In this document: piece after piece, positions 13,252-25,670 of the stretch
Layout of the letters: each line of letters begins with the position of its first letter
Position numbering within the stretch: the first letter of the stretch is position 1
Source of the DNA: Tilletiaria anomala UBC 951
Taxonomy: Eukaryota
Length of the DNA: 64,000 bases
Direction: 5' to 3'
Assembly: GCF_000711695.1 (NCBI RefSeq)
Contig: NW_013547019.1
Location: forward strand, 310,001 to 374,000
The notes under the pieces: model-generated
Databases searched by the model: none
What the model saw: only the letters and a program-made list of their open reading frames with translations
What the model was told of the DNA's origin: nothing
Position numbers and translations under genes: made by a program

Positions 13252-16200
13252 TTAATCCAAAGTCCCTTGGCCTATTATAGTTCGAGGAGGAAAGTACGTT
13301 CAGATGGCTACCTGGTTTACTCCACAGCTCGAAGGCGTGCCTTACCTCTCTCTGGATCCTTCATGACGATCACACGTGTCTCACTAGAGGAAATAGGAGC
13401 AACTGGCGTCAAAATCCGCTGTAAGCGGGATTTTCTTGAATCTGACAACTCACGGGCCAAGCTTTGCATTTGCCATTCCTTGCGGGCTGATCAGGATGAA
13501 TTGAATTCTTGAATTATGCTGCCCCGCGTCCAGGATCATCTTGGTCGCAATGCTTCGATTTCCGGCATCCATGAACACATCGAACTCGTCCAAGCAACGA
13601 ATGGGGCAGTTGATAGCCTCCCACAAGGAGAGCAGCAGGCAGATCGTCGAAAATGATTTCTCACCGCCCGACAGCGCACGCGGGTCCTTCTCTTTCCTCA
13701 ACTTTGAGCCGCTACCGTCATTTGTGCTTGCGTCCGTGCGCACCTGGTAGCGTGGAATCTCCGATCCGTATGTGAGCAACGGCCACGAAAAGTTAGATGC
13801 ATTGATCGCACTTACACGTATCTGCAGCCTTCCTGGTGTTCTGCTTCCATCCTCTTTCTCACCTGGATGCTCAAATTGAAGCGTCCCGGCGAAGCCACGG
13901 TGTTCAAGGTGACTTGTGAAGAGGGCTTTGGCACGGATCGAAATAAGGCTGCGCCATTCGTGCCAACGCTGCATACGCTGATGAATCGAGTTTTTGAGGC
14001 TCTGTGCAATGGGCATATCAGGCAAGGTAGATATTCGCTGCATCACGCTGCAACAGGCATCGGGGTACATGCTCACCTTTTGAAACCTTTCCAATGTCTC
14101 AATCTTGGTCTCCACGTCTCGCATGGCCGCTTGAGCAGCATCGAGGCGCATTTTGGCATCTTCCACCCCCATACCTCCGGTGCTGTGAGCGAAGCCGGTG
14201 ACATGGCGGTCAGTACTTTTCCCGAGACATGCAACTATCAAGACGTACTTTTGAGCGACCGTCTCCATTTGTTTTTCTATAGCGGCAATTTCCTATACGC
14301 GAGTTGTAAGGTAAATCCAGGAAATCCAAGTTGGTTGACGCGGACAGTGACCGTACTCACCTTTTCGAGTTTTTGAGGAGTCATACTGCGAGGCAAATCC
14401 ATGTGTTGGATTCCTGTTTCTTCCTGTGCTTGGCGTGTGAGCTCCTGATTGTATGAAGAAGTCATACGTCAGCACTCAACTCGCTCTGGCTCATTGCAAG
14501 GGAACTTACAGCAAGGTCCTCTTCTTCGTTCTTGAGAACCTCCCGCTTCTGAACAAGTTCGGCTTCGTAGAGGCCAATCTGCTTAACGTAATGTGCGCGA
14601 TCTTGCTGATGTTTCACTCGCCTCAGAGCTTCTTTCTCAATGAAATTCTGCGAATAGGATCATTACCACACGTCCATTCGGGTCCAGGACACGTCTGAAT
14701 CTTAGAGACGCACCATGATCTTAGTTTGACCACTTTGCCTCTCCTCCAGTTGCTTTCGAGCCTCCGCATGTCTCGCCTCTATCTCTTGCACCTTTTCTTG
14801 GGCAGCGCTCAATTCGGTCTGGGCGCCGCCAAATTGGCCAGCGACCTGATCCATCTGGACCTTTACGTCCTGATCGAGGAGAAACGGCTCATTTCAGTGA
14901 ACTCTTACACGCCAAAAGACGAAAGAAAGGTTGGACGCACATCTAGCATCTCCTGCAAATGCGCCACGCTGCTAGACTCATTATCCTGAAGACGAAGGGT
15001 CAGCTGCTGAATCTCGTCGTCAGCTTTGCGAAGCGCGGCCTTGAGAGCTTTCGAGGTTTCCTAGACACCAAAGTACATATTTCAGATGCTGGCTTCTTTG
15101 AATGCGCGATGTTGGCGAGAAGGACCTCACCATGGTGCGATTCAATTCCTGCTTTTTCTCACGCAATTCAGCTTTGGCCTTCTCTGCTGCCTCTGTCAAG
15201 AGACCTTTGTTCTGTTCGATTGCCACTCGCTCTTCACGGTAATGACTACGGTGCAATAGTCAATGAGCAAGACTGCTTAGCCACACGCTGGTCAGTATTA
15301 CTCACGCCAATTGGGCCTGATGATCCTTGCTCAGGCGGGTGGGGCCGTGAGGCGAGTACAAAGTCTCAGTAGAGGAACCTCGGTACCTTCACACACACAG
15401 AGAGGGAGATAGGATGTTAGATACCACGCCGTATGGTGCAAAGCATCTAACGCTCACCCTCCGGTAACTTTGAACATGTCTTGACTAAAGCAGACTTTGA
15501 CATTCGGCAGGTGCCTTCGAAGCAAAGCATCGCCGTCGCGGCGTTGTTTGACAAGGACGCCTTTCTCAATGTGATGCCGGATGATCAATTGCCTTTTCAC
15601 AAAGTCGCTTTGGAACTATGTAGCGAAAATTCGTTTCAGTACATGAGATGGCATACAAAATGGTTCTACAAGACATGAGACTCACCTCGAGCGTGCGGAG
15701 AATTGTCAAGTTTTCTGACCCCGGTTCACCGGAGCTGTAATCGAAGGGCTCGTCCGATGCTTTCAAGATTGGAATTCCGTCGCTGAAGGAGATCGGGTTC
15801 AGAGAAGGTTCCAGGGTAAGGTACGAACACATGCCTACCCACCCTCTGTACTTTCGAAGAAGACTGTTCAAGCGGACGCGGTCCTCTTCATTGGTGACGA
15901 TGAAGGCATTCAAGGCCTTGTCCAGAACAGCTTCAATCACCGGAAGCCATGCCTGGTCTTTTAACGAGAGTAAAGTTCCGATGGGCCCAATCGGTTTTTG
16001 CCTCCACTGTTTGTCTTGGTTGATCGCGCGCACAATATCTGGCATGTTCCTACCGTACGCCGTCAAATGCTCGCGAGACGCGTTCGTGATACTGGTGATT
16101 CTTGCATCCAGATCTCTGAGCCTGGCTTGGCCGCGAGCCAAATCCTCATCTGCATTCGCTGAAGCGTGAGTGAGTCCGGGTAGCTCAGATTCCAGCACGT

Positions 16201-18166
16201 CTTGCTTGGCGAGCAACTGGTCCGAGTTCTCTCGGAGGCTTTTCGCTTTCTCTTGCAACTCCATTCGGCGGACATTCCAGGTCTCGGCTTCTCCCTGACG
16301 GGCAATCTTTTTGAGCTCGTCATCCAGCTGTTTCTGAATGCTGGTCTGCTTGGCCTTGAAACTGGCATACTCATCATTGATAACGTGGAGTCTATTCTGT
16401 GGTCTCAGGAATTGCGCAATGATCAGCATCGAGCAAACCGTGACAATTCGCTCGATATGTGCGCTAGTAGTCTTGTATAGGATACGTACTTTCGCTTGAT
16501 GCTCCGCGGCGAGCGCAGCGGCCAGTTCCTGCTGCACTGCGGCCTCATTGGTCTGCAGATCATCATCGACTCCCTGATCCTTATCTTTCTCTTCTTCCAG
16601 CAGTGAGATGGTCGCATTGGCATGTTCCAAAGCGGCCTGTGGTGAGACGAAGAGACAAATGCTTCAGCAAAGGAAGATGAATCAGTCAGTGCCGCACGCA
16701 GTCTGACCTCTGCAGCCTCCAATGCTGCGTTTGCTTTCTTAATCTTGCCCTCTTGAACAGCAACATCCTCCTGCGCCCGGTCCCGAGTCTAAGGACATAG
16801 ATTACACTCAAGTTTAGCATCACCATGGGGATCACCGTGCCAATCGAACTTACATTGCGTTGCACGGCAACTTGACTCCAGATGTACTGAGTGCCGAGAT
16901 GTTCCAACCTCGACTTGCTCAAGCGCTGTTTCTCGAACAAGGCGAATCTCCTGCGCTTCTCCTCTAAATCTTGCTTGAGCTCAGGCAGTGTCTCCTTATG
17001 CTTGCGCGCCAGACCTTTCATCTGAATCTCGTGTGATTTCATGACATCCATTTCCTTAGCCAATTGAGAAAGCTGCGTGCCTTTAAGGAAGAAGAGGTAC
17101 TTGTCGTCTGGATTAGAAGCACTCAGGAATTGACGAGCAGAATCTTGACTCAAAACAGACATTGGGTTGTCGACTTGAATGTCCATGTGGTCACACATTG
17201 CATCAAGCTCCTCGCGCTTGGTCGTCTTGACTCGGTCGTCTTGACCTTTAAGCTTCCAGCTCCCGCCACCGTCTGCGTTGATGCGACGAACGATGGTGAT
17301 GCGATCGCCGTAGACGTCATGCTTGAAGGCTTCCGATCCTGTGTTCTTGATTTGCAGAATGACCTCGGCAGCACTGCGAAGAGGGAAAACAGACGGGGGA
17401 ACGCGTATCAGTTGTGCATGCATTGCTCAAAGGAGGGTTAGCGTGCTCACGATTCCCCGGACTTGACGAAAGATTTGAGACTGTTACCTCTGTTTGTGCA
17501 GCTCGCCTTTCCACCAAGTGCAGCGGTGATCGCGGTCAGGACAGCGCTCTTGCCACCTGTGAGGTAAAATTCAAATCGTTAGAGCCGATCACATCATGTA
17601 TGTCAGCTTGAAACTCACTTCCGTTGTTGCCAACGATGAAATTGGTGTTGGGACCAAGCTGTACACTCAGTCGCTTGTGGCACATGAAGTTGAAAAGCTC
17701 GACCTTTTCTATGACGCCATAATCAGCCTTCTCCTGCAAAGCAGCATGATGCGTCAGGTCAGAAGGATCCGAGGGTCCACAAAGTGCGTCAGCAGGGCCC
17801 AGCAGGTATTTTCAATCTGCTTGGGAGTGTACCACGCACGTGCCTAGAGACCGGACGGCTTCTGTACTCTTCGGCGAGCTGCGTGGCCATCTGATCGGCA
17901 TAATGCTCGGTCTGCCGAGCCAGGGACGATGACTGATTGCTGTCTTCATCATCGGAGGCATCGTTGCTCTGAAGACGCGCCCTTTTGGTCTTGGGAGGCC
18001 CATTCTGCTGTTGCACGACGGTTCGAGTAGCGCATGTCAGCTTCCACCAGCATTTTGACGCGACAATCATGGCTCCACTCACAGGCTCATGGACGATTGG
18101 AGAGTCCGCGCGGTCGTACTCATCGTCGGAGGCGCTTGCATCTGCATACCTCTTTCCCTGAGCCAT
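13252..18166 (-). CDS. SMC6: Structural maintenance of chromosomes protein SMC6 (multi-exon)
   Basis: [12 protein letters not shown]...[18 protein letters not shown] (Walker A), hinge PIGPIG, signature [36 protein letters not shown]. Spliced C-terminus ...MKDPERGQGTLD*. Confidence 0.96.
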
Positions 18167-18399
18167 GACGCTGCAGTGGCCTCATCCTCACTCTGGGGGA
18201 CAGCGAAGAGCAGGATACTTCCGCTGCTTTTGGCCTTTCCTGTTTGCAAGAATGAACCGCAAGGAAGTCGGATTGTATGTGATCTCAGTGCAAGAAAAGG
18301 TGTGTAGCAAGTACATTTGAAGCCTCCTGCTGCTCGTCTCCTCTGTGCCTGATGATAAAAGGAAAGGATTGTGCTGCGTTGTGCTTGACTGACCCTACT

Positions 18400-18412
18400 G
18401 ACGCGTCGCGAC
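18400..18412. promoter_or_regulatory. MCB-like box (ACGCGTCGCG) upstream of SMC6
   Basis: ACGCGT with an overlapping CGCG, ~235 bp upstream of the SMC6 ATG. Confidence 0.5.
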
Positions 18413-19087
18413 TCGAAGGCTCACTGCGCACTCAGTGTAAGAGGAGTGTGTCAGTGTAAGTGCCATGGGCAGTGAGATGGTGAGACGGTGAGAGACTTGA
18501 GGATGTATATGCACTGCACGTGATGTGCTCACTCAACTCGTGAGATGGGGATCATCGCCTGGTACGACTCTCTTTGGGCCGTGGCACGTGCAGGTTGTTC
18601 GCATGTCGAGTGGACATGGAGCATCTGGTGCACTTGTAAAGCCATGCAACCTGTGGCTCCCACGTGTGCAAGCCTCCGCACTCGATGGGATAATTGAATG
18701 CACCATCGCGATCTTACCATCCCCGCATCTCTGCACAGTCGCGCAGTGCGGCAGATCGCACCTCCATGCTCCATCCACTTTCAGGGGCTTCGCGCCAGGT
18801 CGCATCGTGCGCGGAGTGGCGAAAGCCATCGCTCGCATCAGCAGCACAGCTCATCCACCATTGATCCTTTTGGCTCCCCATCCATCTGGTAACTCTTCAC
18901 CACCACGCGAGCCTAAGGCCCCCCTTTAACGACTTTTAACGCCAGCAAAACTCCAGCTACGAGCCCTGATACCCTGGTCATCGACCCTCACAATTACGAC
19001 CTCGCAAGGACGACGACACCGACGACGCTTGACGACTATCAGACACAACGTTTCAGCCCTGAAGCTCGACGAGGTCCATCATTGACC

Positions 19088-20220
19088 ATGTGGTGGGTAA
19101 CCTACAGGCCGCGTCCCACGTATGAATGTGCACAGCCATGCTAATACAACTGGTACTTGGACAATTTTATCGTTTGCGACTCTCGCAGGTGTGACAACTG
19201 TCTACTCAGTGAGTTCAGCCTGACCCATTTCGATCTTCTGCATCCGCAGGTCGATACAGCCCACTGAAGAACTTGCATCCACTTGCCGTTTGCAGTATTC
19301 CCGCTTCGTGAGCTACGACGATCGTGTGCATTCCTAGGCCTACCGACGCGGATTGCTGATGCCCGTACTTGTTCGTTTGAAATACGGGACATCTGCAGGA
19401 CATGGCGCCATGGCCTGGTGCATTTTCATCGCCGTAAGTTATTCTCGCTTCACTGCTGCCCCCCAGGATGCGCTTTTGACACCATCTTCCGTACTCTGCG
19501 CATACAGCTCTACAATCTGGCGGGGTCAATCCTCCTCTTCCGAGACGGCCAATATCTCTTCTTTAACTACCCAGAGTGTGTCGCATCTGAGCCATACATG
19601 CATAGTTGTCGCTCTCATCGCGTTCTGACCCCACCCTTGCATTGCAGGTGGCAGGTTTATGGAGGCATAGGGATGGCAGTTATGTCAATCTGCATTATCA
19701 ACATTATCGCTTACGGCAACACATCTTACATGTGGACGCGCGTCTGCTTCTTCCTTTGGCCCGTCATCCTAGTGATCTCAGCCGTCCGTGCCGCTGTCAT
19801 GCGTGGGTATGCCCAATTCGTCTCTCATGGGGTTCGCGACTCACTTCCAGTTTCCTGTCCTTTCAGTGTTCCAACTCAATCGCCAACAAGCCAAGATTAT
19901 TTGGGAGTGAGTGTTCATTGATCCGTCTTGTCGTTCCATCGCCTTTGACGACATTGACGACTCGTCTTCCCATCCTCAGGTGCAACAATGGAGGCCAGCT
20001 GTGGGGCGCATCCGTCGAAGCAGGCTATGCAAACAGCTCGACCACCATGCCATCGGGGCTATGCTCGGCCGGCTTCCACAGCCTTTACATTGCGTTTGTG
20101 TTGTCCCTCGCAATTGACTTTGGCTTCCAACTATACGCCTACTTCATGAGCTGGCGTTTCCTCTCCCGCATCCGCCACTACTACGCTCTCGCCACCCAAG
20201 ATAACATCTACTCGTTCTGA
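19088..20220 (+). CDS. Uncharacterised ~190-aa membrane protein with about four TM segments; 8 coding exons including micro-exons
   Basis: Exons 19088-19092, 19189-19208, 19296-19307, 19399-19433, 19508-19575, 19648-19802, 19867-19906 and 19980-20220 (all GT-AG) splice to one open frame: MWCDNCLLIFPLRHGAMAWCIFIALYNLAGSILLF...WECNNGGQLWG...LAIDFGFQLYAYFMSWRF...YSF*. Confidence 0.8.
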
Positions 20221-20361
20221 CCGACGTACATTTCTTTTTGCATTTCAAGGTTTGCATCTTGGCTTTGTGCCAGCCCATGGACGATCTGTAGACATATCGC
20301 GGCTCACGATGGAGAATGCATTACTGGGATCTTTTCGAGAAGGGTACATACGTATGAAAAT

Positions 20362-22513
20362 TCATTCGTAGGGGTTCCAAACCGTTCTCCCCTTCTGGCG
20401 TTTGGCCTTGAAATGTTTCTTCGAGCGGGGAAGCTCTGCGGCTTCGTCGTTGCCAACACTACCAGCATCTCGGCCATCGGCTGCGATGCGACCTCGAAGA
20501 GATGCGCCGGGCGCTCCTTTGCGTCCTAGCATAGTAGGTCGATCGCTGTTTGCAGAAAAGAAGGCCGCGTCGATACCGTCTGAAATGGGGGTGGCTTTGA
20601 CGCGAGCATGCGGTGTGCCTTGCGAGACTGTGGAATCGAAATGCTCGCCTTTGCCCCTTTTTGCCAACTCTTCCCGGAGCTTCTCCCTCTGTGCAGCATT
20701 GAAATCATCGGGGTCAACGCCTTCTGGCGGGTTCGCGTAAAGGAGACGGGCATTGACGTAGTCCTTGAGCACGTAGCGCGCTGCACGCGACTCATCAGGG
20801 TTCCCTTGCCCTTGTCGGGCAAAGCCGCGCGCAACTGGCGAAGGGAAGATGTGCAGTGATCAGCGTCCCATTCGGCCGCCTATGACGCACTTAGACTCAC
20901 TCGCATAAGCCGTGAGCAACTCGAGGCCAGTGTACTGTTCATCAGCTATCAGCTCTCCTGTACGGATTTTGATGCCGTAGATCGCTTCCGCAATATCTTT
21001 TGGGATTCTCTGTGCTACGAGCTGAGCGGGGCCTGTGTATTCTCTCAGCTGGTCAATCGGCAGGACCCCGTCGACAACGAGCTCTGCTGCTGTTGTTGCG
21101 AACTGTGGGAAGACGAGGCCAGGGCAGTCGCACAGTACGGTAGTCGGACTGAGGTGCAGTGTCTGGAAATGCTTGGTCTTGCCTGGTGTAGAGCTGACTG
21201 AGACTTTCTTGGCGCCGATAAGGGCATTGATCGTAGAAGACTTGCCAACATTGGGATATCCAACAAGTCCAACGATTAACTTTCCTTGCTCCGCATGCCC
21301 GATGGCAGATGCTCTTTGATCTGGAAGCGGTGCACAGCGCTCGAAAAGGGCCTCTAGCTCGCAGACTGTCAGGATACGCGAGCTGTCTGTGGACGCCCCG
21401 CTCTCTCCCAGCGATGCGCCACTGAGATCATTCGCAACAGAATCAACTTCTGTTGACGCTGCCTCATTAGCCTCCTGGATGGCAGCGGCATTGGCGGCGC
21501 TGAAGAAGGCGTATGTGATACCTTGCGCATCAAAGTATGTCGCCCACGCCCGCCTAACGAGGAGCAACAATTTCAGCTGTGATACGTTGGGACGAATTTC
21601 CGACAGTTGGCGATAAAACTCTCACCTCTGACCTTCGTTCAAAAGATCTGCCTTATTGATGAGTAAGAGATTGCGTCGTTTCCTTGTTGCAGTTGGGAAC
21701 TCCGGAGCCACGTCTTCCTCGCCTTGCATTTTCGCTTCATCATCCATCTCCAGAACGTAGCGCTCCAGGTCCTCGCAGCGAAATCGCAACGGATTTCTCG
21801 CATCTACGATTTGAACAAGAAGATCGCTGCGCTCTATGACCCTCCAGAGCTGCCTCCACACTTCAAGATTGCGCTCAAATGGGGTCAGAACGAAGCCCAT
21901 ACCTTCTTGCAGCTGTGCTAAACTTCTGCGCCATTCGAGAAAAGAGTCTTTCTCTGTGCGGTCAAGCTGGTCTTTGGTGCTCTCGCTGCTCCACTTCGGT
22001 CTGATGTGGAGGAGAAAGTCGATGTCAGTACGGCGGCATGAAATTTTCATTCGGCGCGGAAATCCCAGTTACCTTCTCGGTACCCGAAGCTTCTGCCGAT
22101 TCTGCTTGTGCTTCTTCCGCACCTCTTCCTCCTCTTCGCCGGTGAGCAAATAGGGATTGTGCTTATTTTGCAGGCCAGCTTGCGCGCTGATGACTGTGAC
22201 GTTGCGTCGCTCTGCTGTGAAATCTGTGTCTGCCATCTGCGCGGTATTGAGGAATTCCTCCAAGTCTCCCTCCTGTGTCACTGATTGCAACTTCATCCAG
22301 CTGGGCTGGTGCCCGCCAGTATCGGTTGTGTGATGCTGGCTTGAACCAACATGCTGAGCTTCCTTAGCCTTGCGGTTCATGATGGCTCTCCCAAGGCCGA
22401 CATTTTTGCGACTCGTCGGGAGCGGCTGTAAGCGGCAGAAGAGGTTGGGAGATGGGGTATGCGATGAGCTGTGTTCAACAAGACTGTTCAAAGCAAGACT
22501 GCAGACTCACCAT
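20362..22513 (-). CDS. LSG1: Large ribosomal subunit GTPase LSG1
   Basis: FLEWRRSLA, TPFERNLEVWRQLWRVIERSDLLVQIVDARNPL, INKADLL (G4), GLVGYPNVGKSSTIN (G1), TPGKTKHFQT, DCPGLVFP. Circularly permuted GTPase. First coding exon is ATG only (22513-22511). Confidence 0.96.
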
Positions 22514-23115
22514 TGCGACGTGAGACAGCTGCCGACAGAGGAATGGGGGCGGCCCGTGGGTCGAAACGTTGCGAGCGAGCCAGCTTGCGAGCTTATCCGG
22601 ATCCAGTTGTACGAAAGGCGCACTGAGTCTTATTCAAGCCTGTTCGATAGCTGGCAGTGGAGTCTCAGCGTGTATCATCCGCCGTACAGTCGCAACTCGC
22701 AGGGTCGCAAATGTGCATTGCAGAAGCAAGACCGCAAAATATACATCCATCACAGGGAGCCAACAGCCGAAATATCTGACAGTTGCGTCACATTGCACCG
22801 AATGTCGTCCTTTTACTCCCTCCAGAGAATGGAGTTCCGAACTCCGTCTTTGCTTCTCCTTCCAAGTTCCTCAGTTCCTCTCATCTCTCCATTATGTGTT
22901 ACTTTCTATACCATCTTTCCAAGTAAATGATACCAACCTGTCCCTCAGACCGCCACGCGCTTTTGACATAGACAAGCTCGATTGGTAGCTGCTCCATAGC
23001 GTCTGCCGCCTGCTGAAGGCAGCTAATTGCATCTCTCAAAGGCAGACGCATTTCCCGTCCGCCTACATTGCTACCTCTCAGAATACACTCGCAGAGCGTC
23101 CGAACGCAGTGCATA

Positions 23116-25493
23116 ATGCCACCCACACATGCGCTGGGCGACGCCGAGTCGTCAGCCATCACGACACAGCTTCTAACACTTGTCAACGTATCTGCGGCCG
23201 CCCCTGGTAAGCGTAAGCTTACACCTATGCAAGACTCTTCTGGTTCAACGCGGGAGGCCAGAAGACGACGTGTGATCAACAGAAGTTCGTCAACGACTTC
23301 CTTGACGACGGGCTCGCACAATGCGAACAATCCCTCAGAGAAGGCCAACCGTCCGGGTCCTGCGGCTTCAACATCGGCTCAAGCCACCCAAGAGACTTTA
23401 TTCGATACCTGCTTTGCATCTGGATGCCCGCGCGCAGGATTTGCAGAGCAGGTTTCGCTTCCCAATAAAGAGTCGACCTTGCCTTGGCTTAGCCATTCTA
23501 AAGCAGCGGGTAGAGAAGTAGAAACGCTGCTCGTTCCGGACATCGAGGGCCTGAATGGGAATGAAAAGTGTTCCTCTGTGGTTGCGCATCTCTCGCAAGG
23601 ATCTCGGACGACAGAATCGAGTTTAAGTAGCTATGCGGATCTTCTAGACTGTACCATCTCCCATGCAGAACGATCCGTGTGGCGGGAAACAATTGCTAAG
23701 CATGTCATGGAGCATGCCCACTCGTGAGTGTCTTTCGTCAGCGCTGCCTAACTGTGACTATGGTCTCGTGAACTGACGCATCGCCACGCTTAACAGAACG
23801 CGGAGAAGAATTCTTAAGAACAACGAAAAGCTGGCTCACGCAGCTTCTAATGACACTGAGGTTGATACCGAAGCAGTGAGAGACCAAGGGTTTACTCGCC
23901 CTAAGGTCCTGATCCTTGCGCCATTCCGCAATAGTGCACTCGATTGGCAGAGACGACTCGCGAATTACTCGAAATGCTCCCAAATTGACCAGAAAGCACG
24001 TTTCGAGCGAGAATACTCACTCCCGGAGCATGCGGTCGATAAACTCGCGCAGCCTGAGGCGAGGCAGCGATACCCGGCCGAGCACATCGAAACCTTCGCT
24101 GGTAACATCGATGACAACTTCAACATGGGCCTCAAGCTCACCCGTAAGAGCTTCAAGCTGTATAGCACCTATTATGACAGCGACCTCATTTTAGCCAGCC
24201 CTCTTGGTCTTCGGCTCAGCATAGATAAGGAAGGGTAAATTCTATCAGACTATGCAGCAGATGTACCCGAGGGGGAAAACTCACGCAGAGACCTATCTTT
24301 TACTTGCTCAGCTCTGCCGACTTTCTCTCCTCCATCGAGATTCTTGTCATCGACCAAGCGGATATCATGCTCATGCAAAATTGGGAGCACGTCAAATTCG
24401 TCCTCTCGAAAATGAACAGATTCCCTAAAGAGTCGCACGACACGGACTTCTCACGGGTCAAGCAGTGGTATCTGGATCAAAAGTCAGTTGCCCCAAACCC
24501 AACGCCAGTTTCTAATGACAATCTGGCTGACCTTCTTATAATTGCCATCTTAGATCTCGCTTTCTGCGACAGACCATTGTGGCATCTTCCTATGCCTCTC
24601 CAGAGCTGCTCCACCTCTTTTCAAAATCGCTTATCAACTTGTCTGGCAAAAGGCTCATCTCAATGCACAATGCTCCAGCCATGTCGTTAGTGCGATCCGG
24701 GATCAGGCAAGCGTTTACTCGCTTTGACTGCGCTGACCCCCAACGGGAAGCCGACTTACGCTTCAAAACGTTCACCAGCAAGGTAAGATGCTCTGCACCA
24801 TAAGTAATTGTCCTAGTGTTCAGGTGACTGATTATCGCCTCATGTCCCTGCTCATTCCGCAGACATTGCCAGCCCTTTTGCGTTCAGCTGTGAGCGCGAG
24901 TAAAATGCTCATCTTTGTCCCGTCGTACTTCGACTTTTTGCGTGTAGAGCAACACTTGCGGGGTGTGAAGGAGGTGACATTTGCTGCCATCTCAGAGTGA
25001 GTCGTCCGAGATGCCATGGCTCCTCAACCGGTTGCTGCATGGCGCGCCTGACGACCGATTATCTTCTTAGGTATTCGAGCAACAAGCAAATCTCGAGAGC
25101 AAGAGAAGCGTTTTTCTCGGGCCGAAAATCGATCTTGCTCATGACCGAGCGCTTCCATTTCTACAAGCGGTAAGCATTGCAAACAGGCAATGTTTTTGAC
25201 GGGCGCCAGCCAGAACTAACCCGCAACGCCTTTTAAACAGCTACCGCATTCGCGGCTGCCAAACCATTGTTTTCTACGGCCTCCCAGAGAATGCAGCATT
25301 TTTTGCGGAAATCCTCGAATTCCCCTTCGTACATGCGGCTGGGGAGCCAGCCGATGCAGACGAGCTCGAACCTAGCGAGGTGAAGGTGGAGGCCATTGTT
25401 TCAAGATACGATCTGCTCAAGCTACAGAGAATTGTTGGATTGGACGCGCAGAAGATGCTGTCGGAAGACAAAACGGTCTGGAAATTCAGCTGA
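23116..25493 (+). CDS. UTP25: U3 snoRNA-associated protein UTP25 (DEF)
   Basis: [60 protein letters not shown]...[33 protein letters not shown]. Confidence 0.95.
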
Positions 25494-25670
25494 ACTTGTA
25501 AGATAAATAAATGCGAATGAAACTTTAAGAGCATGTAACGTCATTGAGTGCTCTGGCACCTTTCTAAAGCAATGGGGAGACCAGTTCATTTTGTCGTATG
25601 ATCGTAATGGATAGCATACCATGGACGTTGGGCTTGGCTGTGGGATGTGTGGAATGTAGTATGCGGGCGG

